NCBI GenBank assembly: GCA_965262425.1 | Contig: OZ253536.1 | Coordinates: 5,325,085 to 5,389,084, forward strand | DNA: 64,000 nt | DNA from: Terriglobia bacterium | Lineage (GTDB): Bacteria; Acidobacteriota; Terriglobia; 20CM-2-55-15 | Reading direction: 5' to 3' | Shown here: one piece after another, positions 29,868 through 40,122 of the stretch | How positions within the stretch are numbered: position 1 is the stretch's first letter | How the letters are laid out: each line of letters opens with the position of its first letter | Notes under the pieces: generated by a model | Seen by the model: only the letters and a program-made list of their open reading frames with translations | Database searches by the model: none | What the model was told of the DNA's origin: nothing | Position numbers and translations under genes: made by a program

Positions 29868-31928
29868 ATGAGTTCAATTGACATCGGAGTGGACGTTGGC
29901 GGCACGTTCACGGATTTTATCCTTTATGATGCCCAGCGCAACCTGTTCCGCATCCGGAAGATTCCGACGACACTCGACGACCGCGCGACAGGCTTCATGC
30001 AAGGCATTAGGGAACTGACGCCCGACCTTTCCGACGTGGATCGTATCGTTCATGGGACCACGGCGGGTACGAATGCAGTGCTCGAAAGGAAAGGGGCCCG
30101 GTGTGGCCTGATCACGACGGCGGGTTTTCGTGATGTCCTGGAGCTGGGCCGCAGGTCCCGCCCGCATTCCTACGGTCTTCATGGCACGTTCGAGCCGTTG
30201 ATCGGGCGCGAGTTCCGGTTGGAGGTTCGCGAGAGGATGGATGCACAGGGAAACGTCATCATTCCTCTCGACGAAGATGACGTGCGCGTCGCCGTGGCGA
30301 AACTGGAGTCGATGGACGTGGAATCCATCGTGATCCACTTTCTGCATTCCTATGCCAACCCCGCCCATGAAGTCCGCTGTGACGAAATCGTTCGAGCCGC
30401 CTGGTCCGGAGACGGTATTGTGGTCGGCCATCGCGTCATCCGTGAGATGCGTGAGTTTGAGCGAGGTTCGACCGCGGCGATTCAAGGGGCCATCCGGCCG
30501 ATCGTGTCGGATTACATCAAGCGGGTCTCGGTCGCCCTGGAAGAAGCCGGATATGAACGGGAACTGATGGTCATGCAGGCAAACGGGGGAATGATGGCCG
30601 CATCGATTGTTGCCGACCATGCGGTTCACACGGTGATGTCCGGGCCCGCGGCCGGTGTGTTGGCTGCCGCGCGGATTGGCACGGCAGCCGGTTTCGAAAA
30701 CATCATTACGGCCGACATGGGCGGCACCAGCTTTGACGTTGCATTGATCGTTGGCGGCGAGCCTCTTGTGACCAACGACAAGGAAATCGCATACGCGACC
30801 CCGATTCACATACCGATGGTCGACATTCACATCATCGGCGCCGGGGGCGGAAGCATTGCCCGTGTCGACGACGCCGGGATGCTTCGCGTCGGGCCGGAAA
30901 GTGCGGGATCCGAGCCCGGCCCGATCGGTTATTCACGTGGTGGAACCGAACCGACGATCACCGACGCGAACTTCCTTCTCGGACGACTGAACGAGAGCAA
31001 CGTCACCGGCTCGGACAAACCGGCCGACCTCGACCGGATTGCCGAAGTGTTCGACGCCCAGGTTGGCGCTCATCTGGACCTGAATGCACTGGAAAGCGCC
31101 GAAGCCGTGCTCCGTGTTGCGGTCAATGAACTGGCCGGCGCCGTTCGCCTGGTCTCTGTCGAAAAAGGAAAGGATCCCCGTGATTTCGCCCTGATGTCCT
31201 TTGGCGGCGCAGGCCCCCTCCACGCCGTCGCTGTGGCCCGGCATCTTGGCATACCGACGGTTCTGGTGCCCCGCTTTCCCGGCCTGACCTCGGCCCTGGG
31301 ATGCATCATGGCCGATGTGCGTCATGATTTCGTGCACGCGATCAACCTGCCCCTTTCCCGTGTCCGGGCGACACCGATCGATGCCCTCTTTGCCGAGCAG
31401 CTCGCAGCCGGAAGGGTGCTTCTCGACCGGGAATCGGTCCCCGTCAAACAGACCGTCGTCAGGCACGAAGCCGACCTGCTGTATCAGGGGCAATCCCACG
31501 TTCTGCGACTCGGTGTGGAAAGTCCGGGATTTGATCCGGACGAACTGGTCACCGCCTTTGCGGATCGCTTCAGTGAGCGTTTCGGTATTCGGCTCGACGA
31601 GATGAAACCTGTCCTGGTCAACGTCCGGACCACTGTGATCGGTGCCCGGGAAAGAGATTTCCCGATCGGCGTCCCTTCGGACGGAGTGACGCTCGAAGAT
31701 GCGATCAAGGGACTACGTGAGGTTAGGTTCGACGGCTCGTGGTGTCGAACCAGAATCTATGACCGCGAGAGTCTCCCACACGGCGTCCGCTTCGACGGAC
31801 CCGCGATTGTCGAACAACTGGATGCGACGATCGTCATCGACCCCGGCGCCCGGGCCGCGATCGACGAGCTCGGCAATATGATCGTCACGGTCGGATCCGC
31901 GCGCTACGAGAAAGTGGAGGCGGAATGA
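29868..31928 (+). CDS. Hydantoinase A / 5-oxoprolinase-type ATP-binding subunit
   Basis: DVGGTFTD, HGTT, SGPAAG, DMGGTSFD, GAGGGS, GPESAGSEPGP. Confidence 0.93.
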   Translation: MSSIDIGVDVGGTFTDFILYDAQRNLFRIRKIPTTLDDRATGFMQGIRELTPDLSDVDRIVHGTTAGTNAVLERKGARCGLITTAGFRDVLELGRRSRPHSYGLHGTFEPLIGREFRLEVRERMDAQGNVIIPLDEDDVRVAVAKLESMDVESIVIHFLHSYANPAHEVRCDEIVRAAWSGDGIVVGHRVIREMREFERGSTAAIQGAIRPIVSDYIKRVSVALEEAGYERELMVMQANGGMMAASIVADHAVHTVMSGPAAGVLAAARIGTAAGFENIITADMGGTSFDVALIVGGEPLVTNDKEIAYATPIHIPMVDIHIIGAGGGSIARVDDAGMLRVGPESAGSEPGPIGYSRGGTEPTITDANFLLGRLNESNVTGSDKPADLDRIAEVFDAQVGAHLDLNALESAEAVLRVAVNELAGAVRLVSVEKGKDPRDFALMSFGGAGPLHAVAVARHLGIPTVLVPRFPGLTSALGCIMADVRHDFVHAINLPLSRVRATPIDALFAEQLAAGRVLLDRESVPVKQTVVRHEADLLYQGQSHVLRLGVESPGFDPDELVTAFADRFSERFGIRLDEMKPVLVNVRTTVIGARERDFPIGVPSDGVTLEDAIKGLREVRFDGSWCRTRIYDRESLPHGVRFDGPAIVEQLDATIVIDPGARAAIDELGNMIVTVGSARYEKVEAE

Positions 31929-33607
31929 ACATTGATCCCGTCACCCTGACCGTGATCGAAAAAGGTCTGCAGCATGTCTGCAGTGAAATGGATCTGACCC
32001 ATGACCGGACCGCCTTCTCCCCCGTCATATCGGAAGCGTTTGACCGCTCCAACGGCATCTATCGGCCCAGCGACGGCGGAGTCATCGCCCAGGGTGAATT
32101 GGGGATGCCGATCTTTATCGGTGTGATGCAGGAGACCACGCGCGAGGTCATCGAACATCGGAATGATCTCGGTGACGGAGACATCATCCTGGTGAATGAC
32201 CCCTATTTCGGCGGCACGCATCTGATGGACGTCAAGATGGTCAAACCATTTTTCTACAGTGGCCGGCTCTGGTGCTTTCTGTCCAATACAGGTCATTGGC
32301 CCGACACCGGGGGCATGGTCCCGGGCGGTTTCAGCAGTACGGCGACGGAGATCCACCAGGAAGGGCTTCGGATTCCGCCGGTCAAGCTGGTTCGACGGGG
32401 CGAGATCCAACAGGACATCGTCGACCTTGTTCTAGCGAACGTCCGTGTCAGCCAAGAGCGCATCGGCGACATCAAGGCACAGATCGGCGCGCTCGATATT
32501 GGCGAGAAACGCCTTCGTGAGCTTCTCGATCGCTATGGCGCCGACACCGTCGAAGCGGCGATTGAGGAACTGGAGGTTCGTTCCGAACGGATGATGCGTT
32601 CGAAGATCCGGACGATCCCGGACGGCAGTTATTCCAGTATCGCTTACATCGACAGCGACGGCATTGTTGATGAACCCCTTGAGATTCGCCTGACGGCAAC
32701 GATTGCCGACGACGAAATCGAGCTCGATTTAGGTGGGAGTAGCCCGCCTTGCCTCGGCCCGATGAACTCGGTCTGGGCCAGCACCCTGTCGGCCTGCTAT
32801 CTCTCTTTCAAGCACATCTTTCCCGATGTCCCCATCAACGTGGGTTGCTTCAAGCCGATCAAAGTCAAGAAGCCTGAAGGAACCTTTCTTTACGCCAAAT
32901 ATCCGAAGCCGGTCGCCGGCTGCGCGGCCGAAGTGTCGCAGCGCATTGTAGAGGCTGTCTTCCTGGCGCTGGTCGAGGTCATTCCCGACAAGCTCTACGC
33001 GGCGCCCGCCGGCACCAGCGGTAATTTCAGCCTGGGTGGATACGATCCCCAGACCGACAGTCACTACATCATGTATTTCTTCAGCGGCGGTGGATACGGT
33101 GGCTGGTGGAAGGGTGACGGGATCTCGAACGGTTGCTCGACAATCGGGATCTCGAAAACCCAGCCTGTTGAAATCCTGGAGCAGCGCTATCCCATCCTGT
33201 TTGAGCGTTACGCGCTGCGGGAAGGATCCGCCGGAGCCGGTCGGTACCGGGGCGGTTTCGGGACCGGCTATCGCGTGCGGCTCCTGCGCGGGGAAGCGAC
33301 GGCTTCGTTCCTCATGGAACACGGACGGTACGGGCCGCCGGGTGTGCTTGGCGGGGAAGCGGGTCTCCCGAACGAGATCCTGGTCAGCCAGGCTGGTCGA
33401 CGGAGTACACCGCCTCATCGATCCAAGGGTGAAGGCTATCGTTTAGAGGCCGGCGATTGGGTCGACGTGCGGACGCCGGGAGGTGGCGGGTACGGGAATT
33501 CCGACGAACGCAGCGCCGTGCTCGCCGAACGCGACAAGCGTTGCGGCTATTTCGATACGGTCGATGCGGGGGCCGGAGTGGATCCGTCAGAGACGATCAA
33601 GAGATGA
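31925..33607 (+). CDS. Hydantoinase B / 5-oxoprolinase-type hydrolytic subunit
   Basis: NDPYFGGTHLMD, HWPDTGG, QEGLRIPP, TPGGGGYG; overlaps subunit A by ATGA. Confidence 0.93.
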   Translation: MNIDPVTLTVIEKGLQHVCSEMDLTHDRTAFSPVISEAFDRSNGIYRPSDGGVIAQGELGMPIFIGVMQETTREVIEHRNDLGDGDIILVNDPYFGGTHLMDVKMVKPFFYSGRLWCFLSNTGHWPDTGGMVPGGFSSTATEIHQEGLRIPPVKLVRRGEIQQDIVDLVLANVRVSQERIGDIKAQIGALDIGEKRLRELLDRYGADTVEAAIEELEVRSERMMRSKIRTIPDGSYSSIAYIDSDGIVDEPLEIRLTATIADDEIELDLGGSSPPCLGPMNSVWASTLSACYLSFKHIFPDVPINVGCFKPIKVKKPEGTFLYAKYPKPVAGCAAEVSQRIVEAVFLALVEVIPDKLYAAPAGTSGNFSLGGYDPQTDSHYIMYFFSGGGYGGWWKGDGISNGCSTIGISKTQPVEILEQRYPILFERYALREGSAGAGRYRGGFGTGYRVRLLRGEATASFLMEHGRYGPPGVLGGEAGLPNEILVSQAGRRSTPPHRSKGEGYRLEAGDWVDVRTPGGGGYGNSDERSAVLAERDKRCGYFDTVDAGAGVDPSETIKR

Positions 33608-34314
33608 TCGACAAAACGGTCTCTTCGGCTTCGGCGGCGGTAGCGGACATTTTTGATGGCGCAACGGTGATGATTGGCGGTTTCGGTGAAGCTGGAAGCC
33701 CGATCGAGTTGATCCATGCCTTGATCGATCTGGGAGCGAACGATCTCACTGTCGTCAACAACAACACGGGTAACGGCGAAATCGGCCTTGCAGCGCTGAT
33801 CGGCCGCGGGCAGGTCCGCAAGATGATCTGCTCCTATCCCCGGTCGAGCCATTCCAGCGTATTTCCCGAACTCTACCGGGCCGGCAAGATTGAGTTGGAA
33901 ATCGTGCCGCAGGGGACGCTCGCCGAACGCATTCGAGCCGGCGGCGCAGGGATTCCCGCATTCTTCACACCGACGGCCGCCGGGACACTTCTGGCCGAAG
34001 GCAAGGAGTCCCGCGAGTTCGAGGGTCGCACCTGTGTCATGGAACACTGGTTGAAAGCCGACTTCGCTCTCGTCAAATGTGAACGCGGCGATCGTCTCGG
34101 TAACCTGACGTACAACAAAACGGCTCGGAATTTCAGCCCGATTTTGTGTATGGCCGCAGCCACCACTATTGTTCAGACCCGGCGGTTGGTCGAACCTGGC
34201 GCGATTGATCCGGAGCACGTGGTCACTCCCGCCATTTTTGTGAACCGGATCGTGGAGATCCCCGACCCGCTGGACGAATCGCGGCTCGTCGCCGAAGGGA
34301 CACGATATCCATGA
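33604..34314 (+). CDS. pcaI: 3-oxoadipate CoA-transferase subunit A
   Basis: MIDK...GGFG...NNTGNGEIGLAAL...CSYPR...ELYRAGKIELEIVPQGTLAERIR, characteristic of the PcaI clade. Confidence 0.8.
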   Translation: MIDKTVSSASAAVADIFDGATVMIGGFGEAGSPIELIHALIDLGANDLTVVNNNTGNGEIGLAALIGRGQVRKMICSYPRSSHSSVFPELYRAGKIELEIVPQGTLAERIRAGGAGIPAFFTPTAAGTLLAEGKESREFEGRTCVMEHWLKADFALVKCERGDRLGNLTYNKTARNFSPILCMAAATTIVQTRRLVEPGAIDPEHVVTPAIFVNRIVEIPDPLDESRLVAEGTRYP

Positions 34315-34958
34315 GTCAACATGTGGGTTGGAGCAGGGAAGCGATGGCCGAACGTGCGTCCCTCGACATTCCGGATGGTTCATACGTCAACCTGGGGATC
34401 GGGATACCGGAACTGGTCGTGCAGTACGTTCCCCAGGGGCGTGAGTTCGTCTTCCAGACCGAGAACGGCTTGCTCGGCATGGGACCGCCACCACCACCCG
34501 GAGAAGAGGATCCGGAACTGATGAATGCCGGCAAGAAGGCTGTCACTGCCCTGCCCGGGGCCTCTTTCTTTCATCACGCCGACAGCTTTGCGATGATCCG
34601 GGGCGGTCATATCGACGTCTGCGTTCTCGGCGCTCTGCAGGTGTCGGCCACCGGTGACCTGGCGAACTGGTCGACTGGAAATCCCGACGACATCCCGGCC
34701 GTCGGAGGCGCCATGGATCTGGTGGGCGGCGTCCCGACCATCCTGGTCATCACCCGGCACACGACGAAATCGGGAGAGCCGAAGCTCGTTTCCGAATGTT
34801 CCTATCCACTCACCGGTAAGGCCGTGACTACTCGCGTCTATACGGACCTTGCCGTCATCGACATCACGCCGGAAGGGTTCAGGCTACGCGAGCTTGCACC
34901 GGGAATAACCTTGGAGGAAGTCCGCGCCCGAACGGGCACGGATATTCTGCCTGTCTAA
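34311..34958 (+). CDS. pcaJ: 3-oxoadipate CoA-transferase subunit B
   Basis: VNLGIG, catalytic (T)ENG, FFHHADSF, GDLANW...IPAVGGAMDL. Confidence 0.8.
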   Translation: MSQHVGWSREAMAERASLDIPDGSYVNLGIGIPELVVQYVPQGREFVFQTENGLLGMGPPPPPGEEDPELMNAGKKAVTALPGASFFHHADSFAMIRGGHIDVCVLGALQVSATGDLANWSTGNPDDIPAVGGAMDLVGGVPTILVITRHTTKSGEPKLVSECSYPLTGKAVTTRVYTDLAVIDITPEGFRLRELAPGITLEEVRARTGTDILPV

Positions 34959-34972
34959 GAGGTGTAGACCGC

Positions 34973-36286
34973 ATGGGAGAGAACATCCATCGACGAAGCG
35001 CCGACCTGTTCGAGCGGGCCTGTCGGGTCTTGCCGGGTGGAGTCAGTCGAAACACCCTCCTGCGGGACACTCCGCTGCTCTATGCACGACAGGGAAGTGG
35101 ATGTCAGGTCGTGGATGTCGATGGCGTGGAACGCATCGATTTCGCCAACAACATGGCCTCTCTGATTCATGGTCACGCCCACCCCGCAATTATCGAAGCG
35201 GTGACGACACAGTTGAAGCTGGGTACGGCGTTTACGATGGCCACCGAAGCCGAACTGCTTTACGCCGAACAATTGTGCGGCCGCTCCCCAGATTTCGACA
35301 AGGTTCGTTTCGTGAATTCCGGGACGGAGGCGGTCATGACCGCTTTGAAAGCGGCTCGTGCCTTCACCGGAAGGGCGAAGATCGCCAAGGTCGAGGGTGC
35401 CTACCACGGCACCTACGACTACGCCGAAGCCAGCCAGTCCCCGACTCCGGATGTCTGGGGGCGTTCGGACAATCCGAACTCGGTTCCCCTGGCCGTGGGC
35501 ACGCCGGAAGGTGTCCTCGCCGACGTCGTGATCATTCCGTTCAACGATCCCGACACCGCGGTCGCCATACTGGACCGGCACAGGAAAGACATCGCGGGTG
35601 TACTGCTGGATCTCATGCCACACCGCGTTGGACTCATTCCGGCGTCTGATGTGTTCGTGAGTTCGCTGCGAGATTGGACCCGTGACAACGATGCCCTTCT
35701 GATCGTCGACGAGGTCATTACCTTCAGGGAAGAGGTCGGTGGAATGCAGGCCCGATTTACCGCGCGACCCGACCTCACTGCGATGGCAAAAATCATCGGG
35801 GGTGGTTTCCCCGTGGGCGCTGTCGCAGGCCGGGACGAGGTGATGTCGGTGTTTGCCGCGACCGAGCATGGAATCCGCCTTCCGCACTCCGGCACCTTCT
35901 CTGCCAACCCGGTGACCATGACGGCCGGACGCGTGGCGATGGAACTCTACGACGCGCCCGCGGTCGAACGCCTCAACCGGCTGGGCGACGTGGCCCGCAG
36001 TCGAATTTCCGAGGCCATCGCCCTGTCAGGAGCGCCCGCCTCGGTGACGGGCAGCGGATCCCTTTTTCGTATCCACATGCGGGCCGAACCCCCCGTGGAC
36101 TACCGCTCCGCGTACCAGGACCGAGACACGGTCAAAACCCTGAATCGTTTCATCGACGGCGTCTATGACGGCGGGATCATGATGCTGAACACCGCAGCCG
36201 GTGCCCTGTCGACGGCGATGGACGTCCCCGAAATCGATCGCCTCGCCGAAGTCGTCGAGCACAGCCTCCGAACAATCAGGAATTAG
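34973..36286 (+). CDS. Class III PLP aminotransferase (GSA-aminomutase-like, possibly a beta-amino acid transaminase)
   Basis: PGGVSR, NSGTEA, YHG, DEVIT, AKIIGGGFPVGA, HSGTFSANP. Confidence 0.88.
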   Translation: MGENIHRRSADLFERACRVLPGGVSRNTLLRDTPLLYARQGSGCQVVDVDGVERIDFANNMASLIHGHAHPAIIEAVTTQLKLGTAFTMATEAELLYAEQLCGRSPDFDKVRFVNSGTEAVMTALKAARAFTGRAKIAKVEGAYHGTYDYAEASQSPTPDVWGRSDNPNSVPLAVGTPEGVLADVVIIPFNDPDTAVAILDRHRKDIAGVLLDLMPHRVGLIPASDVFVSSLRDWTRDNDALLIVDEVITFREEVGGMQARFTARPDLTAMAKIIGGGFPVGAVAGRDEVMSVFAATEHGIRLPHSGTFSANPVTMTAGRVAMELYDAPAVERLNRLGDVARSRISEAIALSGAPASVTGSGSLFRIHMRAEPPVDYRSAYQDRDTVKTLNRFIDGVYDGGIMMLNTAAGALSTAMDVPEIDRLAEVVEHSLRTIRN

Positions 36287-36486
36287 GGAGCAGAGCCCTC
36301 AATACCCGAATTCACTGTGTAGGTAATTCTGGAACCAAACGGGGGTAGCGCACCTGGAAGGCCACTGGCCGGAAGATGAGGTTCAGTTGTGACGTTTCCG
36401 AGCATCCGATCCGGCTCGACTAGTATATTTGAGGATGAAATAAGCCGAAAACGAATTAGGGTATTGAGGGCTCTGCTCCCTAATTC
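36280..36486. repeat. 207-bp element bounded by 34-bp inverted repeats
   Basis: GAATTAGGGAGCAGAGCCCTCAATACCC(G/T)AATTC at 36280-36313 and inverted at 36453-36486 (1 mismatch). Confidence 0.85.
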
Positions 36487-36497
36487 AGGAGGCACGA

Positions 36498-38594
36498 ATG
36501 CAACATTCATACATCGCTGCGAACGGGCACAATTGGCTGGTTGTTCCGCTCGTCTTAGCACTACTGGCCTTTGCCGCGAATGCGGGGGCCGGCTCCCAGG
36601 AAAACACCGGTAACTCTGTCGGGTCGGGCGACGTCGGGATCGAGCCGCCGACGGTCAGGTCGATCGGATTGGAGTGGGAGATCAGCGGCGACTTGAATCG
36701 CGACGCTTCGGTTGGGGTGGACTACCGTGAGGCCGGCACTTCAAACTGGAGTGAAGGCTTGCCTCTGTTCCGACTCCAGAATGAGACCGTGCCGGCTGAA
36801 AACGTGAGCGACTCGGACAACGCGAACCGCCCTCCCGAAGAGTCCGCGTTCTATTACGTCACTCCGAACATGTTCACCGGCAGCATTTTTGACCTCCGGC
36901 CGGATACCACGTACGAAGTGCGTCTGAGGCTGGTCGATCCCGACGGCGTGCGTGGCCAGGCCGAGCGCACGGTCGAAATAACGACCCGCGCGATTCCGCA
37001 GCGCTCGGTTGGAGGCAACGTCTATCACGTCTACCCGGTGGGTTGGGAAGGGCCAAGGGACCAACCTTCGTTCGAAGGTCTGCTGCGAGGCTACAACTAC
37101 GGTGCCGAGCATGCCGACTGGAACCACGCGTACGAGCCGCGGGTCCGGCCCGGAGATACGGTCATCGTCCACGCGGGCGAGTACAAGGCCGATCGTTTCG
37201 AATATGGCAACTACACCCGCGAAGGCCCGGGTGTTGGCGGTCCCGGCTACGGCGTTCCATTCGACGGCACTTATTTGCTGACGGGCAAGGGTACGCCAGA
37301 GAAGCCGATTACGATCATGGCGGCAGGCGATGGTGAGGTATGGTTCGACGGCGATAACAACCACGTGCTTTTCAATGTTCAGGTTGCCGACTACCACATC
37401 TTCGATGGCATCAACATCCGCAATACGAACATTGCCTACGATGCCGGCATCAAACGCATCGCCGGCGCCAGAGGTCTGACAATCGTGAACTCGCGGATCG
37501 AGGAAGTCGGTGTTGCCGTCCAGACCGATTTCGAAGGCTCGCGTGATTTCTACATCGCCGACAACACGATGGTCGGCCGGGTCAGCGCCAACAATCTCGT
37601 CGGTTGGACCGGTCGGGGCGCGTGGGTCGGTCTTCCGGACTGGCCTGCCGATTTGTCGTCGTTCCAGGGCATCCGCCTTTACGGACCCGGGCACGTCGTC
37701 GAGTACAACACGATCGAGCGCTTCCATGATGGCATCGCGCTGGCGACGTTCGGCCGCCCGGGCACATTGCCGGACCTGGAGCCCGACCCGGAGTTCATCG
37801 ACGATCTGGGTTTTGATCCGAGGTACGTCACGGGTCCAAACTCGGTCGACATCATGAACAACGGCATCAGTAACATCAGCGACATTTGCATTGAGCCCGA
37901 CGGTGGTGCACGCAACATTCGAGTTCTGAGAAACCGGTGTGTCAACATTGCGAGTACCGCGATGCGGTCCCAACCCGCCTTTGGCGGCCCGCACTATTAC
38001 ATCCGCAACATCGTTTACCATGCGCCGCGTGGCACGGCCCTGGGCGCTTCAAGCGGTTCCTCGGGTCAGGTGATGTATAACAACACCGTGTTTGGCGGCA
38101 TCGGTGCGACCGGGTCGAACCATCACTTCCTGAACAATCTGGTCGTGACGGCGACGCCGGGCTCCCGGATGATGGACATGTCGACATTCACCAGCTATTC
38201 ATCGTCGGACTACAACGGTTTCATCCCCGGTTCAGATGGATCAACCGCGTTCAGGTGGAGGTCGCCAAACGACGTGCGCCGGCAGTACGACTTGTCGCTG
38301 CTGGTGATGAGGGAATACGACAGCTTTGCCGACTACCAGGCGGGTACGGGACAAGACGTCAACAGCGTCCTGCTGACCCTGGACGTATTTGCGGATGTCA
38401 CCCTGCCGGACGTTGACAATCCCTCGGCGTTGTATGACGGTGACGACATCGACTTCAACCTCAGGTCCGGCGGCGGGGCGGTTGATAGAGGTGTGGCCTT
38501 GCCCGGTGTGACCGACCGGGTCACCGGCGATGCACCAGACCTTGGAGCACTCGAACTCGGGATCCCACGACCTCATTATGGCCGCCGGAACTAA
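36498..38594 (+). CDS. Secreted right-handed beta-helix (pectin-lyase-like) protein
   Basis: Signal peptide, Fn3-like N-region (GSIFDLRPDTTYEV), PGDTVIVHAGEY, Asn-rich beta-helix turns, APDLGALE C-terminus. Confidence 0.78.
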   Translation: MQHSYIAANGHNWLVVPLVLALLAFAANAGAGSQENTGNSVGSGDVGIEPPTVRSIGLEWEISGDLNRDASVGVDYREAGTSNWSEGLPLFRLQNETVPAENVSDSDNANRPPEESAFYYVTPNMFTGSIFDLRPDTTYEVRLRLVDPDGVRGQAERTVEITTRAIPQRSVGGNVYHVYPVGWEGPRDQPSFEGLLRGYNYGAEHADWNHAYEPRVRPGDTVIVHAGEYKADRFEYGNYTREGPGVGGPGYGVPFDGTYLLTGKGTPEKPITIMAAGDGEVWFDGDNNHVLFNVQVADYHIFDGINIRNTNIAYDAGIKRIAGARGLTIVNSRIEEVGVAVQTDFEGSRDFYIADNTMVGRVSANNLVGWTGRGAWVGLPDWPADLSSFQGIRLYGPGHVVEYNTIERFHDGIALATFGRPGTLPDLEPDPEFIDDLGFDPRYVTGPNSVDIMNNGISNISDICIEPDGGARNIRVLRNRCVNIASTAMRSQPAFGGPHYYIRNIVYHAPRGTALGASSGSSGQVMYNNTVFGGIGATGSNHHFLNNLVVTATPGSRMMDMSTFTSYSSSDYNGFIPGSDGSTAFRWRSPNDVRRQYDLSLLVMREYDSFADYQAGTGQDVNSVLLTLDVFADVTLPDVDNPSALYDGDDIDFNLRSGGGAVDRGVALPGVTDRVTGDAPDLGALELGIPRPHYGRRN

Positions 38595-38971
38595 ATCCAG
38601 TTCTGAGCTGACAGGACACCGGATCGATTTTATGGAGAGATGATATGACCGGACGGCTAACGACAGTCATCGGCGTAGTCGCCAGCGGCCTTGTGCTCGT
38701 AGGTGCCGCAACACTGGCACAGCAGGGCGGAAGTCCCACATCCCCTCCCGCGCCGATTGAACTGCTGTCCATCGATAGCAGCGGCCGTGGAGCAACGCCA
38801 GCCGCCCTCGGCGGCGGGCAGATCCACGACCGAATGACGGAAATCACGGCCCTTTCGGACTTGAGCCGGAAAGAGGGGGACTTACTCTGGGGACGCGTGG
38901 CGGGCCGGTCGGGCGATCACGCCGCTGCCCAATACGTCCGCCGACAGTTCGAACGCATTGGTCTCGACCTA

Positions 38972-40122
38972 GTGTAATCCGTCACAGTTAATGTAACTTA
39001 TTCAGCTTTCCTACGTCTGAGTATATATGAGGAGAGCACCGACGATTAAATTGGACATTCCTGTGCGGAAGGAACTGGAGCGACTGAGCCGAAGCCGCAG
39101 TGTGGCGGTCCGGTTGGCGGAACGATCTCGAATTGTCTTGCTGGCCGCCGGGGGTCTGGACAATCAGGAGATCGCTGCCAAGTTGGACATCACTCGTCAA
39201 AAGGCCGGACGTTGGCGCGATCGTTTCGTTGAAGATGGCCTCGGGGGAATCGAAAAGGACGCTTCCCGCAGTGGACGGATTCCCTCGATCGGCCGCCGGA
39301 AGCGGGCCCGGATCGTGAAGAAGACGGTCGAAGGGAAGCCTCCGAACGCCACGCACTGGAGCCGGTCCTTGATGGCCAGGGCAACCGGCGTCAGCGAGTC
39401 CACGGTAGGGAGAATCTGGCGGGCTCATGGCTTGAAGCCTCATCTGGCACGCACCTTCAAACTTTCCAACGACAAACAATTTGTCGAGAAGTTGGAGGAT
39501 GTGGTCGGTTTGTATCTGAACCCTCCGGAAAACGCCATTGTTTTGTCCTGCGATGAGAAGAGCCAGATGCAGGCCCTGGACCGCACGCAACCCGGGTTAC
39601 CTCTGAAGAAGGGGCGGTGCGGCACCCTCACCCACGACTACAAACGCAACGGGACGACCACGATGTTCGCCGCGCTCAATACGCTGGACGGCTCGATTAT
39701 CGGGACCTGTATGCCGAAGCATCGTCATCAGGAATGGATCCGGTTTCTCAATCAGATCAAACGTTCCGTGCCGAAAGACAAACAGATCCATATCATTTGC
39801 GACAACTACGCCACGCACAAACATCAGAAAGTCGTCAACTGGTTGAAGCGCAACACGCGCTTTCATGTGCACTTCACACCGACCAGTGCATCCTGGCTGA
39901 ACATGGTCGAACGCTTCTTCCGGGATCTTTCCGAACAACGGCTTCGGCGCGGGGTTTTCCATTCGGTTCCTGAGCTAATCCAGGCCGTGGAGGAATATGT
40001 CGGGGGTCACAATCAGAACCCGAAGCCCTTCATTTGGACCGCAACGGCTTCCGATATTCTTGAAAAAGTTCAACGTGCCCGAAAGAAGCTCGATAAGTTA
40101 CAGTCTGTTTGACGGGGACCAC
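38972..40122 (+). mobile_element. IS630-family insertion sequence
   Basis: TIRs GTGTAATCCGTCA...TGTAACTTAT / ATAAGTTACA...TGACGGGGACCAC flanked by TA, within a CTAG. Confidence 0.9.
39027..40112 (+). CDS. IS630-family transposase
   Basis: CDEKSQ, HDYKRNGT, CDNYATHK, HFTPTSASWLNMVERFF. Confidence 0.95.
   Translation: MRRAPTIKLDIPVRKELERLSRSRSVAVRLAERSRIVLLAAGGLDNQEIAAKLDITRQKAGRWRDRFVEDGLGGIEKDASRSGRIPSIGRRKRARIVKKTVEGKPPNATHWSRSLMARATGVSESTVGRIWRAHGLKPHLARTFKLSNDKQFVEKLEDVVGLYLNPPENAIVLSCDEKSQMQALDRTQPGLPLKKGRCGTLTHDYKRNGTTTMFAALNTLDGSIIGTCMPKHRHQEWIRFLNQIKRSVPKDKQIHIICDNYATHKHQKVVNWLKRNTRFHVHFTPTSASWLNMVERFFRDLSEQRLRRGVFHSVPELIQAVEEYVGGHNQNPKPFIWTATASDILEKVQRARKKLDKLQSV

Noticed and set aside
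34973-36286. hemL annotation
   Set aside because: It lacks the PGGVNSPVRAF signature and sits in a catabolic operon
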